The notes beneath the pieces were generated by a model. It did no database searches and was not told the origin of the DNA. It saw only the letters and a list, made by a program, of their open reading frames with translations. DNA of 62,957 nt, counting the filler, from Octopus bimaculoides (Eukaryota): assembly GCF_001194135.2 (NCBI RefSeq). It is 6 parts of 6 records of this genome, joined end to end, with 100 filler letters (N's around TTAATTAATTAA, not from the genome) between each part and the next. Parts side by side here need not be neighbours in the genome. Positions count along the whole stretch, not along the records: positions 1 to 26,733 come from NC_068982.1; positions 26,834 to 43,550 come from NC_068985.1; 4 more parts are not named here. One strand, given 5' to 3'. Positions 26,053 to 39,921 of the stretch are shown piece by piece. A program made the position numbers and the translations under genes. How positions within the stretch are numbered: position 1 is the stretch's first letter; each line of letters begins with the position of its first letter.

Positions 26053-26733
26053 TTTATGCATATATACGTATACATACATATATACACACGTATATATACA
26101 TAATATACTCTATATCTATAATATACCTAAAAATAGCGTGCGCGGTATGTATGTATGTATGTATGTATGTATGTATGTGTAGAACAAATGCCTTTGTTGA
26201 TTCACAATTATTCTTTCAGATCTCCCGTGGAATTGAATCTCATATTCAGGTATGCCTTGTGATAAAGAACGTGACTGGGCCAGCCTTATATAAATGACTG
26301 CGCAGTCTTATATGAATGTTCGATCCCTCACTCAGCTCGTAATTTGACGTACTGAAGTAAGCTCATCATTAGCTAGTTCTATATATCCAATATATTTCTT
26401 CTAACTATATATGAACCAGCCAGTTAATGTAATTCTTTATCTCAGTTTACCAATTATAGCCGACATACAAATTGATCCATTCAGTGTATTAAAGAAGAGG
26501 GAGACCCAGTTATTCTTGTCATATAAACTTTTACATAAAATTTTGCTACACTCAAACCTTAGCTCATAAAAATCTTATCTTTATTTTATAGCTTCTGAAC
26601 TGGTCTTTCCATCTCACTTTGCGCTATATTTTCGGTGCATCTTATATGTGTTTAAACATACTTATATACATCAAATATACTTGTATGTAATAGATTAAAA
26701 TTTGTCTCGATTATATATATATATATATATATA

Positions 26734-26833
26734 NNNNNNNNNNNNNNNNNNNNNNNNNNNNNNNNNNNNNNNNNNNNTTAATTAATTAANNNNNNNNNNN
26801 NNNNNNNNNNNNNNNNNNNNNNNNNNNNNNNNN
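26734..26833. other. Artificial contig join N44-TTAATTAATTAA-N44
   Basis: Exactly 100 bp. The linker encodes stops in all six frames. Confidence 0.95.
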
Positions 26834-26876
<43 letters not shown>

Positions 26877-27367
26877 TAGATAGATAAATAGAAAGGGAGA
26901 AAGAGAGAAAGAAAAACGGAAGAGAGAAAGCGAGAGATAGATATATTGATAGATATACAGAAAAAACATTGAGAGATGGAGGAATGGCGGAGGAAGAATG
27001 GTAACTACAATCTGTATCTTTTCGTCCGTCCAATCGCAAGAAATGTAAGGTTTAATAGCTCTCTAATGATGTGTGCTTTATCGCAGTGGCAATGTTTATG
27101 TTGGAACTGGGTGGTGGTAGTGAAGATGGTAGGGGTAACGGTGGGGATGGTGGTGGTAGTGGAAGGTGGGAGGGCAGCGTGAATACCGGCAGCAGTGGTT
27201 GTTGTTGCTGTTGTTAGTGGTAGTGGGGTTGGCGGTGGTGGTTGTAGTGGTGTCGTAGTGTTGGAGGTGAAAGATTTCCTCTGAACAGACTGACCAGCGA
27301 TCCACTTTTAATGTCAAACAGTAGTTAGTCCGAGTCAATGAAAGTAGCCGAATTGTCTCGGATGTCA

Positions 27368-27413
<46 letters not shown>

Positions 27414-29011
27414 GACGCTGTGTTGCTGTTGCTGCTGCCTTTAGGCGTAAATTGAAAGATTTTGTAGACTGATGACTAAAAAGCCTTTGATCACACATCG
27501 TTTGCCGGATTAAGGTTATCTTGGAGCTGATTGAACAACGAAAGCAATAGTTTGCATGCCAAAGCCTTACAAATTTCCTCAAATCATGTCTCACGGTCTC
27601 AAAAGGGAACTTGTTGATTGATGCAGTCCTAGGACTACAAACAGTGGATTTACTTTCCTTTTCAGAACTGTGTTCTAATATTTTAAATTAAAATTGGGGT
27701 TAAGTACTGCTTTAAAAATTCAATTTATAAAGGTCAAAATCTTATCGAATATCATATTAAATTATCAACTAAGTAAATTAGATTCGACCTCTAAGGGTAT
27801 TGTTTTATACATACACATATAATTCCTACATGTGGACTGTTGGCGATTTTTTTAGCTCTGGTCTTCCATTTCTTTTGGACTTTCCTCTGTCTCCTGTTTC
27901 AGAAAAAGAGCTTTGCTCGAAACGTAAAACACCCTTTCTTTCCTTTTCTGAGCGTCTTATTAATACTTTTCATGTACCACGTCCTCGCGTTGTTGTTTTT
28001 GTTCTTGTCGTTTTTTCTCCATTAAAAAAAAAAATTAATCACACACACATATATATATACGACGAGATTCTTTAAGTTTCCGTCTACGATATCCACTCAC
28101 AAAGATTTGGTCGACTCGAGGCTGTAGTAGAAAAGACCAAGGTGCCAAGCAGTGGGGCTGAACCTAGAACCACGTGGTTGGGAAGCAAGCTTCTTACCAC
28201 ACAGCTACGCTTGCGCCTATAATCCAAATAAGACAAAGAAAGGCTTTAACACATCTTTTAATGATCAGTTACAATTGTTTCTCTACCAACTCTGCTCTGA
28301 ATGCCAGTTCACGTAAAAGTTCCAAGTGAAAATTCACGTAATATTTCCGAGATTAAACATTAGAGTGTTTAAATATCGAAAACATTCCGTAAATTTTCAC
28401 GTGGACTTTTTGCATGAACTGGCGTTGGTATAGACATAATTGTAACTGATCATTAAAGACGTCTTAAAGTTTTTCTTTGACCTCTTATTTTGATTATATT
28501 TTACTCTTCGCTCAACAAACACAACGGTTTTACTGCCGTGAAACCAGGCTTTTCTAACTATAAATTAAGAACAATTATATTTATTAATATTCGGTACTCT
28601 GCAGCAAAAGTGACCGATAGAATAAGTACTAGGCTTAAAAACAATAAGTCCTGGGGCCAATTTGTTCGAGTAAAGGCGGTGCTCCAGCATGGCCGCAGTC
28701 AAATGACTGAAAGAAATCAAAGAATAAAAGAATGTATCTATGTATCAACTTTTCTTTCGACCTGTGTATATACTTTTCTTGCGATATATGTTTTAGTTTA
28801 CTCTGAAAATAGTGAAAAACATTTAAAAACACTAGACGAACACAAAACCACTCGCTGTGTCTCTCATTCTTTCTCTCTTTCTCTCTCACTTCCTCTCTGT
28901 CCTCCTCTCTCCCGCTTTGTCACTCACTTCTTCCTTTGAAGTAAGTGTGACACACACTACAGATACGTACATACAAAAACAAAAAGTTGGCGTATTAATA
29001 TTATTGATAAT

Positions 29012-29220
29012 AATCCTTTCTACTAAGGACACAAGGCCTGAAATTTTGGAGGGAAATGCAAGGAGGTAGTCCATTAAATCGACCCCAGAGCTCAACTGGT
29101 ACTTATTTCATTGATCCCGAATGAATGAAAGGCAAAGTTGACCTCGGCAGAAATTAAACACAGAACGTAAAGACAGACGAAATGCTGCTAAGTTTGATGA
29201 TTCTGTTAGATCACCATCTT
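29012..29220 (-). mobile_element. SINE family A
   Basis: atcctttctactaaggacacaaggcc...gaaaggcaaagttgacctcggc motifs. Confidence 0.85.
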
Positions 29221-30373
29221 AATAACAACAACAGCAACAACAACAACAACAACAATAATAATAATGAATATTAAATTTCTAGGGCCTTAACAAAACAAAT
29301 TAATTTGAAGATTCATCCGTAAGTGTTATCACCAAAAATAATATTGTATAACCCTGTCTAATGTTTTTATTATAAGGATTTCTTCTCAATTAGAAGATTA
29401 AATCAGAATTATTGAGTGTGCTAGTATCACTGTTATTTCTACTGACACACTCGATATCATTGTTGATATTTAGACACTGCTGTTATTGTTGTTGCTGCTG
29501 CTGTTGTTGTTGTTGGTGGTGGTAGTGGTGGTAACGGTGGTGATGGTGGTGATAGTGGTAGAAAGGGATGTGGTGGCGATGGTGATGTCAAATTTGTAGT
29601 CATGGATTTTGATTCGATGGCGTGTTCAACTCCCTTCCTACTTGCGTTATATGATCGTTATCTCCTGACTGATGGTATGAATGTTGCTGCCGAAAATGAT
29701 GATGATGATGACGATGATGATGATGACGAAGATGACGACGACGACGACAGCGACGACGATGACAACGATGACGATGATGATAATGATGATGAAGCTGATG
29801 CTGATGATGATATTGATGATCATGGTGACGGAGGTGATAACGATAATGATGATTATTCCTAATATAGATGCAGGGCCCGAAATTTTAGAGGAGGGTTAGG
29901 TTACGGTGCATGACTTGTACTTTTATTTTAGCGAACATAGAAAAATGAAAGGTAAAGCTGACTCCAGCGTGATTTGAACACGGAACATAAAGAATGAGAA
30001 CAAATATCGCAAGGTATTTTAGCCGACACTAATTACAAAAACGAATCCACCACTTGGCTACAAGGGCTCAAAATATTGGGGACAGTACAAAGGTAAAATA
30101 TGAAACAATAAACAAGAAACAGCGAAGAATATACATCGAGCAAATAGGTACATGAACAATAATATACTGGTACTCCGTCGGTTACGACGACGAGGGTTCC
30201 AGTTGATCCGACAAACGGAACAACCTGCTCGCGAAATTAACGTGCAAGTGACTGAGCACTCAACAGACACGCGAACCCTTAACGTAGTTCTCAGGGAGAT
30301 TCAGTGTGACAGAATGTGACAAGGATGGCCTTTGAAATACAGGTACTACCCATTTCATGAACAATAATAAACG

Positions 30374-30404
<31 letters not shown>

Positions 30405-30408
<4 letters not shown>

Positions 30409-30536
30409 GCCTTTCTACTGGAAGGAGGAGACTAGTCGATTACATCGACCCCAGTATTTTACTGGTACTTAATTTATCGACCCCGAAAGGTTGAAAGGCA
30501 AAGTCGACCTCGGCGGAATTTGAACTTAGAACGTAC

Positions 30537-30574
<38 letters not shown>

Positions 30575-30750
30575 ATAATAATAACAATAATAATACTAAT
30601 AATGTTTTAAAATTTTGACACAAGGGCAGACATTTTAGAGGAGGTGTGTCGATTACATCGACCCCAGTGTTCAATTGTTACTTAATTTATCAACCCTGAA
30701 AGGATGAAAGGTAAAGTCGACCTCGGTGGAATTTGAATTCACAACGTAGC
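30405..30750 (-). mobile_element. Two truncated family A SINE copies separated by (TAG)n/(AAT)n
   Basis: Duplicated gtcgattacatcgaccccag...aaagtcgacctcgg cores. Confidence 0.85.
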
Positions 30751-30804
<54 letters not shown>

Positions 30805-31304
30805 GAGCAATAACAATATGACTTACAGTTCTGTTAAGGTAAGATCAACAAAGAAGTATTCCCTCCAGCGAGAGCTAAAAAAATCATTTAATATACACAG
30901 TATGAAGATACGAGTTACGAATAGGTTCATGCTTTGGAAAGGCGAGTCTAGGCAGGTTTTATAACACGCTTTGTGTCTCCAAGCAATATTGGGGCTCTGA
31001 GCACATGGTCTATTCAAATTATAAACCAGGACGTTAGTACAAGAAAAATAGCGATAAAAAGGAAAGCAAAAAACGAGAGGGTAGATGTAAAAAGTAGAAG
31101 GGTAAAAAAAAAAAAAAACGGAAAAGTAAAGAAAATAAAAAATAAAATTAGATTCATGTTCCTTTCGACCGTAAAGCCATATTGCAATAAAAATAATAGG
31201 AAAATAGCTACATAGTGATTCGAAATAGCATGCTATATCAATGACTAATGCTTTCTCCCAAGTTTTACCGCCAGCTTTCAACTGCATCGTTAATGCAGAC
31301 TAAC

Positions 31305-31740
31305 ATTGGTTTCAAATTTTGGCACAAGACCAGCAAGTTCAGGAAAATGGGTAAGTCGACTGCATCAGCCTTCCCAGTGCTCAACTGGTACTTATTTTAT
31401 CGACTCTGAAAGGATGAAAGGTAAAGTCGACTTCGGCGGAGTTTGGACTCAGGACGTAAAGACGGACGAAATGCTACAAAACATTCTGTCCGGCTTGCTA
31501 ACAATTCTGCCAGCTCACCGCCTTAGTTACTATGTAATATTGGTTTCAAATTTTGACACGAGGCCAGCAAATTCGGAGGAGGAGGTAAGTTGATTACATT
31601 AAACCTAGTGTTCAACTGGTATTTATTTTATCGACCTCGAAAGAATGAAAGGTAAAGTCGACTTATGCAGAATTTGAACCCGGAACGTAAAGACGGACGT
31701 AATGCCACAAGGCGTTTTGCTCTGACGTGCTAACGACTCT
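31305..31740 (-). mobile_element. Tandem pair of family A SINE copies
   Basis: Both copies begin attggtttcaaattttg.cac and carry the core. Confidence 0.85.
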
Positions 31741-32444
31741 AAAGACAACTGAAAATAGAGGTGCGAAAAACTAAAAACTAAAAAAAAAAATAAATAAAAA
31801 TCGGATAACCAAGACACGCACGTACACACACACACAAATACTCCTCAACCGGGAGTTTGTTTCGAAATCCGTCACTCGCCGCATAAAATGTCACACAATA
31901 ATCGATAGTTTTCCCCTACCACTACCCAACGTCTCAAATATATCAACGTTTTGTTCCCTTTTTCTGTTGTCTTTTACTCCTTTCCAAGGAATTGCTTTAT
32001 TGATATAATATTGTGTGTGTGTAAAAGACACAGGTGTAAAGAATAAAAAAACCAAAAAACAGCCAAAATAGAGGGAAATGAAGTATTCGAAAATATTTTA
32101 AAAGGATTCGGTAAAATGAGTTGAAAGATTCGGGTATCTTGACGTCATCGGGTACCTGTTAAATATCCGATCAGATTTCTTAAAAAAAAAAAATCTACCG
32201 GTGTTCATGTTGTTTGTTGGTGAGATGATGTTGTTGCTGTTGTTCTTGTTCTTGTTGTTTTGACTCAAGGTAGCTGTGACCGAGAAGCGTTATGGTGTAA
32301 CGTATTCTAACCGTTGCCATCTTGTCTGTTATTCAGATATACCGTATCTAACGCTATACCCATAATGGTGGTAGGGGATCTCTGTTGTTCAACGATGATG
32401 ATTTGGTTAGTCGATGAGCGGTATTGCTTTCTCCTGAATTAGTA

Positions 32445-32640
32445 AGTGGCTGTGAGTTAGTACGCTGGGAAAATGCTTAGCGGCATTTCGTTCATCTTTA
32501 AGTTCTGAGTTCAAATTCCGCCGAGGCCTTTCACCCTTTCAGAGTCGATAAAATAAGTACCAGTTGAGCACTGGAGCCGATGCAATCGACTTACACCCTG
32601 TCCCGACCTTGCTGGCCCTGTGGCAAATTTTGAAACCTAT
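32445..32640 (+). mobile_element. SINE family A
   Basis: aaatgcttagcggcatttcg...gttctgagttcaaattccgccgagg. Confidence 0.8.
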
Positions 32641-33399
32641 ATGTAAATGGCTGAGTATTCCACAGACATAACAATCCATAATGCAAGTCTCAGGCAGAAT
32701 CAGTATGACACTGTGTGTAACAAGGCTGGCTCTTTTGTACAATCCACCTGGCAGGCTTCAGTACAGTTATCTTCTATCTAGTTTCATTAACAAGGTATAG
32801 GCTGAGCCGAAGGTCTAGAAAAAACATTTTCTTTAAGATGTTACGCGATAGGGTCGAACCCAACCCTCATGGTTGCTAAGCGAATTTCTCAACCAATCGG
32901 CCATATTACATATAATACGAATATATTACAGAAAAAAGCCAAGCACGGGCGACCTTTTACGAGAGCAGGCGGCATGAGACATGGTTTATCATCTGGCGGG
33001 CAACACTACTAAAAACATTCAAGTTCATTTTTCTTTAGGCGCGCTGTTCAGAGTCCTACGGGCTGCAGGATGCCCATGGCTAGAAGAAACTTATATAGAT
33101 TGCAGCCAACACTGAATGTTTTACTTAAACGAAATGTCAGCAATTCATACTGTACCTGGAAGATATTATATCAATATTCATCAAAAACGGGGCAGGGCTG
33201 AGACGGTGACAAAGAAAGGGTGGTTAAATGATTAATAAATTTAAGATAGGTTTTTAAACTTGTCCAATAATATATTTAAATAAGAATTATATGGAAGCAT
33301 ACAAAACAGAATTCTCGCTTCTCATTAATGAAGAGAAGATATCTTTTATTTTTAAAAAAACATACATACTATTAAAAAAAAAACAGTATGTATGTTTTT

Positions 33400-33790
<391 letters not shown>

Positions 33791-34321
33791 TTTTCTATAT
33801 TTTGGCTGGCTGGCGATTGCTATTTGTCAGTATGAGAACTGCAACATTAAACAATATATGCCTTCCCGGCTGTTTTTTAAATTCTTTTCAAGGTAACAGA
33901 ATGTGTTTTGAAAGAGATTTGGTTGCTATTTCCAGCATGTTGAGCGACCGCATAAACACATTCTTACCGGTTCTTTGCCAGTTGTCTACGACGATGTTTT
34001 AGAAACTTCCAGTCAGCCATATGGTAAACAGATTTTTGAAAGATATTCCAGCTGTAACCATTTTTTTTCAAGCATATCGCATATAGAAGTATATTATTCA
34101 ATGTAACCTTACGTCTTCTAAGATGGGAGGGTGTGATTTAATGGAGATTTATCGGGTCCGAGCCAAAACACTTGTTTTCTATTTCAAAATTTTGACAATA
34201 TTGCAGTATTTTTCCTTTCCATTCTGTCCATCCCTCACTATTCTTTTTTCTCACTCTACCTCCTACTCTTTCCCCTTACATAATACATACATACATACAT
34301 ACATATATATACATATATATA

Positions 34322-34730
34322 CAGGGCGGCCATAAAGTCACGCACCATCCTGCAATATGTGAATTGCTAACATTCTCTTTTTTTAATCTCTTTTCCCAAC
34401 TGTCGATATTACTCACAAACTAATCCTCATTGGATGGAATCAGATATTCAACAAGGTGGGGGCAAGGTAATGGTGTGGTGTGCGATTTGACACAATCAAG
34501 TAATTGGACTATTTTATGTTGAGAGCTCTGTGACAGGTGATTCACATCTGGAGATGCTTGGCAACAAGATGATGCCTCACGTGCATTCACTCGGAAGGGG
34601 AAATCATGTCTGGTTTCAGCAGGATGGGGCTCCGTACCATTATGCATTACAGGTTCGTGGTTTTCTGAATGAACATTTTCCAGGGAGATTGCTCGGGCTT
34701 CGCTGCACCATTGAACACGTCGTCGTCGGC
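34322..34730 (+). mobile_element. Tc1/mariner DD41D (rosa-like) transposon remnant, internally deleted
   Basis: TA|CAGGGCGGCCATAAAGTCACGCACC terminus, followed by GGKVMVWCAI...VIGLFY...WFQQDGAPYHYALQVRGFLNEHFPGRLLGLR, the DDD catalytic segment typical of FPGRWIGR-type transposases. No right end found. Confidence 0.8.
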
Positions 34731-34949
34731 TGCAAAAACTCCGCTCCGTCAACAAAACTCCGTCGCCTGCTCTGACCATTTCCCCTCCACCTGCCACACA
34801 TATACTCATCCTGCAACAACCTACCGAGCCAGATATAACATTTTAATGGGTAACAGTTGGCACGAGGAACGTAGAAATGTTCAATACAAGGTCAGTGGTG
34901 GGCTTAACTGCAACACGGAAAACACGAGCAACGCCGGGTCCAGCAGCTT

Positions 34950-35230
34950 GTATACGTGGCTCAGTGGTTTAAGCATCAGGCTTACAATCGGTGAGAGTTC
35001 TTGAGCAAGACACTTTATTTCACGTTACTGTAGAAATGAGTAGAAATGAGTCGCGATGTCACTGGTACCAAGCTGTATCGGTCTTTGCCTTTCTGTTGGA
35101 TAGCATCGGCGGCATGAAGAGAGGAGCTTGGTTTGCATGGGTGACGGCTGGTTTTCCACACACAACTTTGCCAAGTCTTTTGCCACGAAGGGGAAATTTC
35201 GTGTGCTACGGAGAGGAATCGTAACCCTTT
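34950..35230 (+). mobile_element. tRNA-derived SINE sharing the family C head but with a different 3' part
   Basis: cgtggctcagtggtttaagc..cttgagcaagacactttatttcacg..ggtaccaagctgtatcgg. Confidence 0.7.
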
Positions 35231-35490
35231 ATATGTAGTGTATCTTGTGTGTACAAATAGATGTACGGCTGCTACTGTTAAGAGCTCAACGTTGATAATC
35301 ATCGTCTGGTGTGCTTCCAGTATAATGGTTAAGCAACTACTCTACTTTGTTGTATTACTGATTATTATATACCGAGCAAATGTTAGAGAAATTGCGAAAA
35401 ACATAAGTTTATATCACTTGTTCCCTACATACGTTTCGCCGTTGTGGTTGTATGGAGCTCTACATTGGATGCCATTTATATATGTATATA

Positions 35491-35880
35491 GGCGCAGGCG
35501 TGGCTGTGTGATCATAAGCTTGCTTACCAATCACATGGTTCCGGGTTCAGTCCCACTGTGTGGCACCTTGGGCAAGTGTCTTCTATTAAAAACTCGGGCC
35601 GACCAAAGCCTTCTGAGTGAATTTGGTAGATGGAAACTGAAGGAAGCACGTCATATTTATATATATATATGTATATATATTTATGCGTTTGTGTCTTTGT
35701 GCCTGAGTTTGCCCCCCACCCCGCTTCACAACCGATGTTGGTGTGTTTATGTTCCCGTACATTAGCGGTTCGGCAAAAGAGAACAATAGAATAAATCCTG
35801 GGAACGATTTTTTCGGCTAAAACCCTATCAGGCGGTGCTCCAGCATGGCTGCAGTCAAATGACTAAAACATGTAAAAGGA
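35491..35880 (+). mobile_element. tRNA-derived SINE family B, full length
   Basis: GGCGCAGGCGTGGCTGTGTG head, GGTTCAGTCCC B-box, ccttgggcaagtgtcttc core, internal (TA)n/(TG)n, and a 3' end ggcggtgctccagcatggctgcagtcaaatgact. Confidence 0.9.
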
Positions 35881-35929
35881 GAAAAGAATATATATATTTA
35901 CATACATATAGTATGTGTGTGTATATGTT

Positions 35930-36122
35930 TGTGTGTGTATATGTTTGTGTGTCTGCGTTTGTTCCCCCCCAGCATCGCTTGACAACCGATGCTGGTGTGT
36001 TTACGTCCCCGTAACTTAGCGGTTCGGCAAAAAGAGGCCGATTGAATAAGTACTAGGCTTACAAAGAATAAGTCCTGGGGTCGATTTCCTCTACTAAAGG
36101 TGGTGCTCCAGCATGGCCGCGA
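35930..36122 (+). mobile_element. Second 3' half of SINE family B
   Basis: Repeats tgacaaccgatgctggtgtgtttacgtccccgtaacttagcggttcggcaaaagag... Confidence 0.85.
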
Positions 36123-37264
36123 CCGGCATCACTACCCATTCCCTCGCCGCTTCTGCATCCATCCGAACAGTGACTATTGTATTATCATCACTAACATCAT
36201 TAGTTAGGGAATTCCGACACCACCATCGTCACCACCATCACAAACAGTCATGTGTGCGCAGGTCTAGATAAAACTTTTTTGACGAAGACCGGCAGTTGCC
36301 CGAGTATGCAAGTATACCCTCTGTACATCAACGATGTTCATTCATCCAAGGGAAAGAACCCCCGACCTAAGCCGATACAGCTTGGCACCAGAATCGTAAC
36401 AGGTATCTCTATTAGAACGCAAAGGACCGGAACAAATACTGCAAGGCATCTCACCCGACCTTCTAACAGTTCTATCTCCTCATTGCCCTGGGTTTGTAAG
36501 TTTCTTTTTATCGACCGTGAAAGGATAAAAGGCGAAGTTGACTTTGGTGGGATTTGAACTGAGAGCGCATAGAGTCGGAACAAATAACTGCGAAACATTC
36601 TATCTAATGTTCAAACGACTTTGCAAATTCATCGCTTTTCGAGCGAGGCTGATTAGGGATTAAGCAATCACCCGGACGTTTATAATTAATAAATTCACAG
36701 AAGAAAAATCATGAAACGTTACAGAAATATTTTCTTTTTATATTTATTTTTGAACTGCCAAGGATCATGTCAGCAAGTTCTTCATTGATTGGTTGTCATA
36801 GCAACGTGAGAAGTTCAAATATTGGGAGAATGAGATTTGGCATCAAATGACGTAGTTGTTGTGGTGATGGTGGTAGTGGCTGTTGTTTTTGATGTTGTTG
36901 CTGTTGTTGTTGTTAAGTAGCTCCCTCTCCACCTCCATCCTGAAGTTATTGAGCAGACCGAAGATATAAGGTGTAAGATGCTCCAATTGTGCTAATCTTG
37001 TCGTTTTGGTTTTTGTGCTGTCGATGACTTCATTTAACTATGGAGCCCTTTCTTCTTCGTTAAGGCGGCAGAAAATGATTTGAGGGTATTTGCTCGCTAT
37101 TTCTGGCAGGTTGAGTAACCACTTAGAGCTGCCCTCCAAGTTTTGTTATTGTTATTGATGAATGCAAACAGTTGCATTCGTGCTCTAGGCCTCATAAAAC
37201 CGGTTACTCCGTCTCCATGGCGTGTAAGTGACCGAGATCACAACATTGCTCTTGAACGGAACAC

Positions 37265-37472
37265 CGGTCCGTTGCAGGATTCAAGGCCAACAGTTTTGAG
37301 GGGAGGAGATAAACCGATTACATCGATCTCAGTAGTGACTGATACTTTATTTTATCGACTTCGAAGGAAAGACAAGCAAAGTTTATCTCGGTGGGATTTG
37401 AACTCTGAACGTAAAGAAGTGCCACTAAGCATATTGTCCGATTTGCTAAACGATTTTGTCAGCTCACCGCCT
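37265..37472 (-). mobile_element. SINE family A
   Basis: ccgattacatcgatctcagt...gatttgaactctgaacgtaaag...agctcaccgcctt. Confidence 0.8.
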
Positions 37473-37504
37473 TTAACCAGTTTAATATAACGCAGAAATT
37501 AGTA

Positions 37505-38756
37505 TTGGGTTGGCAACTAAGTTCCGCCGTTCTTTTAAATTTTGGAATTTATTGCGTTTTTAAATTTTGGAATCTATGTTTTTCGAGAATTCTATTTTTT
37601 GAATCATTTTGGAATCTATTTTGTTTTTTTCTCTAGTTAATTTTAGTTAATATTTGTTTATTTTCAGATCATTAAAATGGAATGTCAAGTTAAGGAAAAC
37701 GAGCATTTTCGACACCGCCTTCTTTTTGCTTTTAATCAAGGTTCCAAGGCTGCAAAAGCTGCTCGCGACATTTCTGCTGTGTATGGAGACGGTGCCATAG
37801 CTGAAAGAACCGCTCGTGATTGATATGCCAAGTTCAAAAATGGAAATTTTGACCTAAAAGATGCACCTCGTTCTGGCCGTCCAGTTTGAGTTCGATGAAG
37901 AGCGATTAAATCAACTTTTTCACGAAAATTCTCGTTAAACGACAAGGGAACTGGCAGAGAAAATGGAATGCTCCCATACTGCTATAGAGAAGCATCTTCA
38001 CTCGATGGGAAAGGTTCAGAAGTATGGAGTATGGGTTCCGCATGCTTTAAGTGACAACAACAAANNNNNNNNNNNNNNNNNNNNNNNNNNNNNNNNNNNN
38101 NNNNNNNNNNNNNNNNNNNNNNNNNNNNNNNNNNNNNNNNNNNNNNNNNNNNNNNNNNNNNNNNNNNNNNNNNNNNNNNNNNNNNNNNNNNNNNNNNNNN
38201 NNNNNNNNNNNNNNNNNNNNNNNNNNNNNNNNNNNNNNNNNNNNNNNNNNNNNNNNNNNNNNNNNNNNNNNNNNNNNNNNNNNNNNNNNNNNNNNNNNNN
38301 NNNNNNNNNNNNNNNNNNNNNNNNNNNNNNNNNNNNNNNNNNNNNNNNAAAGAAAAGACCTAATCGGCAGCATAAAGTCCTTTTGCTGCACGACAACGCC
38401 CGCCCACATATCGCTAATACGACCAACGAAGTCATTCAAACGCATGGCTGAGAAATGCTGCCACACCCACCATACTCTCCTGATTTGGCACCAACAGATT
38501 TCCACTTCTTTCGATCTCTTTCAAATGCTATGCGCGGAGTTTCGTTCAATACTGATGCAGAATTGAGAGCTTGGTTGGATCAAGTTTTCGAGTCGAAATC
38601 GGGTGATTTCTACCAACGAGGTATTGAAAATCTTGTTGAACGTTGAGAAGTTGTAAACAAGGGTGAATACATTATTGATTAATTAGTTGTTATTTTTTAT
38701 TAAACCTTTTAAAAAATTAAAAAAAAAAAACAGCGGGAACTTAGTTGTCGACCCAA
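37505..38756 (+). mobile_element. Mariner DNA transposon (mauritiana/Mos1-like), full length but defective
   Basis: Left TIR TTGGGTTGGCAACTAAGTTCC and right TIR (reverse complement) TTGGGTCGACAACTAAGTTCC. TA flanks at 37503-37504 and 38757-38758. Transposase motifs lie inside, with a 284-N gap in the middle. Confidence 0.95.
37677..38682 (+). pseudogene. Mariner transposase pseudogene
   Basis: MECQVKENEHFRH...RSGRP, WVPHAL, HDNARPH and HPPYSPDLAPTDFHFF are all visible. Several in-frame stops and frameshifts (e.g. RD*YAKFK, THG*EMLPH). Confidence 0.93.
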
Positions 38757-38767
38757 TAGAAGGTTGC

Positions 38768-38960
38768 TGAAAGTGGCGTGATGGCAGACTCGTTAGTATG
38801 ACGGAAAGAAATTTGAAGAGATATTTCGTCCGTTTTCACGCTTTGAGAGTTCAAATTCTGCAGAGGTCGACTTTGCTTTTCATCCTGTTGGGAGTCAACA
38901 AAATAAGTACATGTTGAGCACTGAGGGCGATGTAAAATTTTAGGCCTTGTGTCTATCGTA
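38768..38960 (+). mobile_element. SINE family A
   Basis: gagttcaaattctgcagaggtcgactttgcttttcatcc core. Confidence 0.8.
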
Positions 38961-39594
38961 AAAAGCTGTTTGTCATTCTTACTATGATTTGAGAAGGGAA
39001 TACTTGCATACTCGGGCAACTGCCGGTCTTCGTCAAAAAGTCTTACTCAGACCTACGTATACATGTGCAAACGCAAAGTCAGCCTTGATCGACACAAGCC
39101 CCGACCGAACAGATTCATGGTGAAAGACGGGTAACAAAAAGGTTTTTTTTATGCATTGGAAAATAATTTATTTGTTACGTGGGACAAAATGTTGAGCAGT
39201 CTTTTGATTTTTACGTTCTGAGTTCAAATCCTGCCTAGGTCAATTTTACTTTCCATTCTAAAATTGCTGGTCTTGTACCAAAATTAGGAAGAATTATAAA
39301 ACGAGAGGTGCGTGTGCAAGTTGAGTGCTAGTTAAGATCTATGTAAAAATAATCGGCTTCTGGATTATATGCCAGCATTCAGTGATTTGAGGGTGATTTG
39401 GTTTCTATATCTGATAGGTTGAGTGACCACGCAGAAGTTTCGTCTGGTTGCATTGGTGGACAGTAAAAAAATGTGATGAATAATAGTTTTTATACGTAGA
39501 ACACATACTTATATGCGTGCATACATATAAAACATACATACGTATATACATACAGACGTGCAGAGACAAATATATGCACACATATATACATAAC

Positions 39595-39921
39595 TGTCAC
39601 TCCGTCGGTTACGACGATAAAAGTTCCAGTTGATCCGATCAACGGAACAGCCTGCTCATGAAATTAACGTGCAAGTGGTTGAGCACTCCACAAACACGCG
39701 CACCCTTAACATAGTTCTCAGGGAGATTCAGCATGACACAGAAAGTGACAAGGCTGGCCCTTTTGAAATACAGGTACAACTCTCAGTTTTGCCAGCTGAG
39801 AGGATTGGAGCAACGTGAAATAAAGTGTCTTGCTCAAGGACACAACGTGTCGCCGAGAATTGAACTCATGACCTTACAATCGTGAGTTGAATACCCTAAC
39901 CACTAAGCCACGCACCTTCAC
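39595..39921 (-). mobile_element. tRNA-derived SINE family C, full length
   Basis: Reverse complement starts gtgaaggtgcgtggcttagtggttaggg...gagttcaattc..gtgtccttgagcaagacac. Partial copies at about 30170-30355, 32642-32740 and 44100-44210. Confidence 0.85.

Noticed and set aside
29602-29862. Acidic poly-Asp ORF
   Set aside because: A (GAT/GAC)n microsatellite between other simple repeats and a SINE.
32140-32147. Isolated CRE palindrome TGACGTCA
   Set aside because: A single 8-mer is expected by chance in a window of this size.
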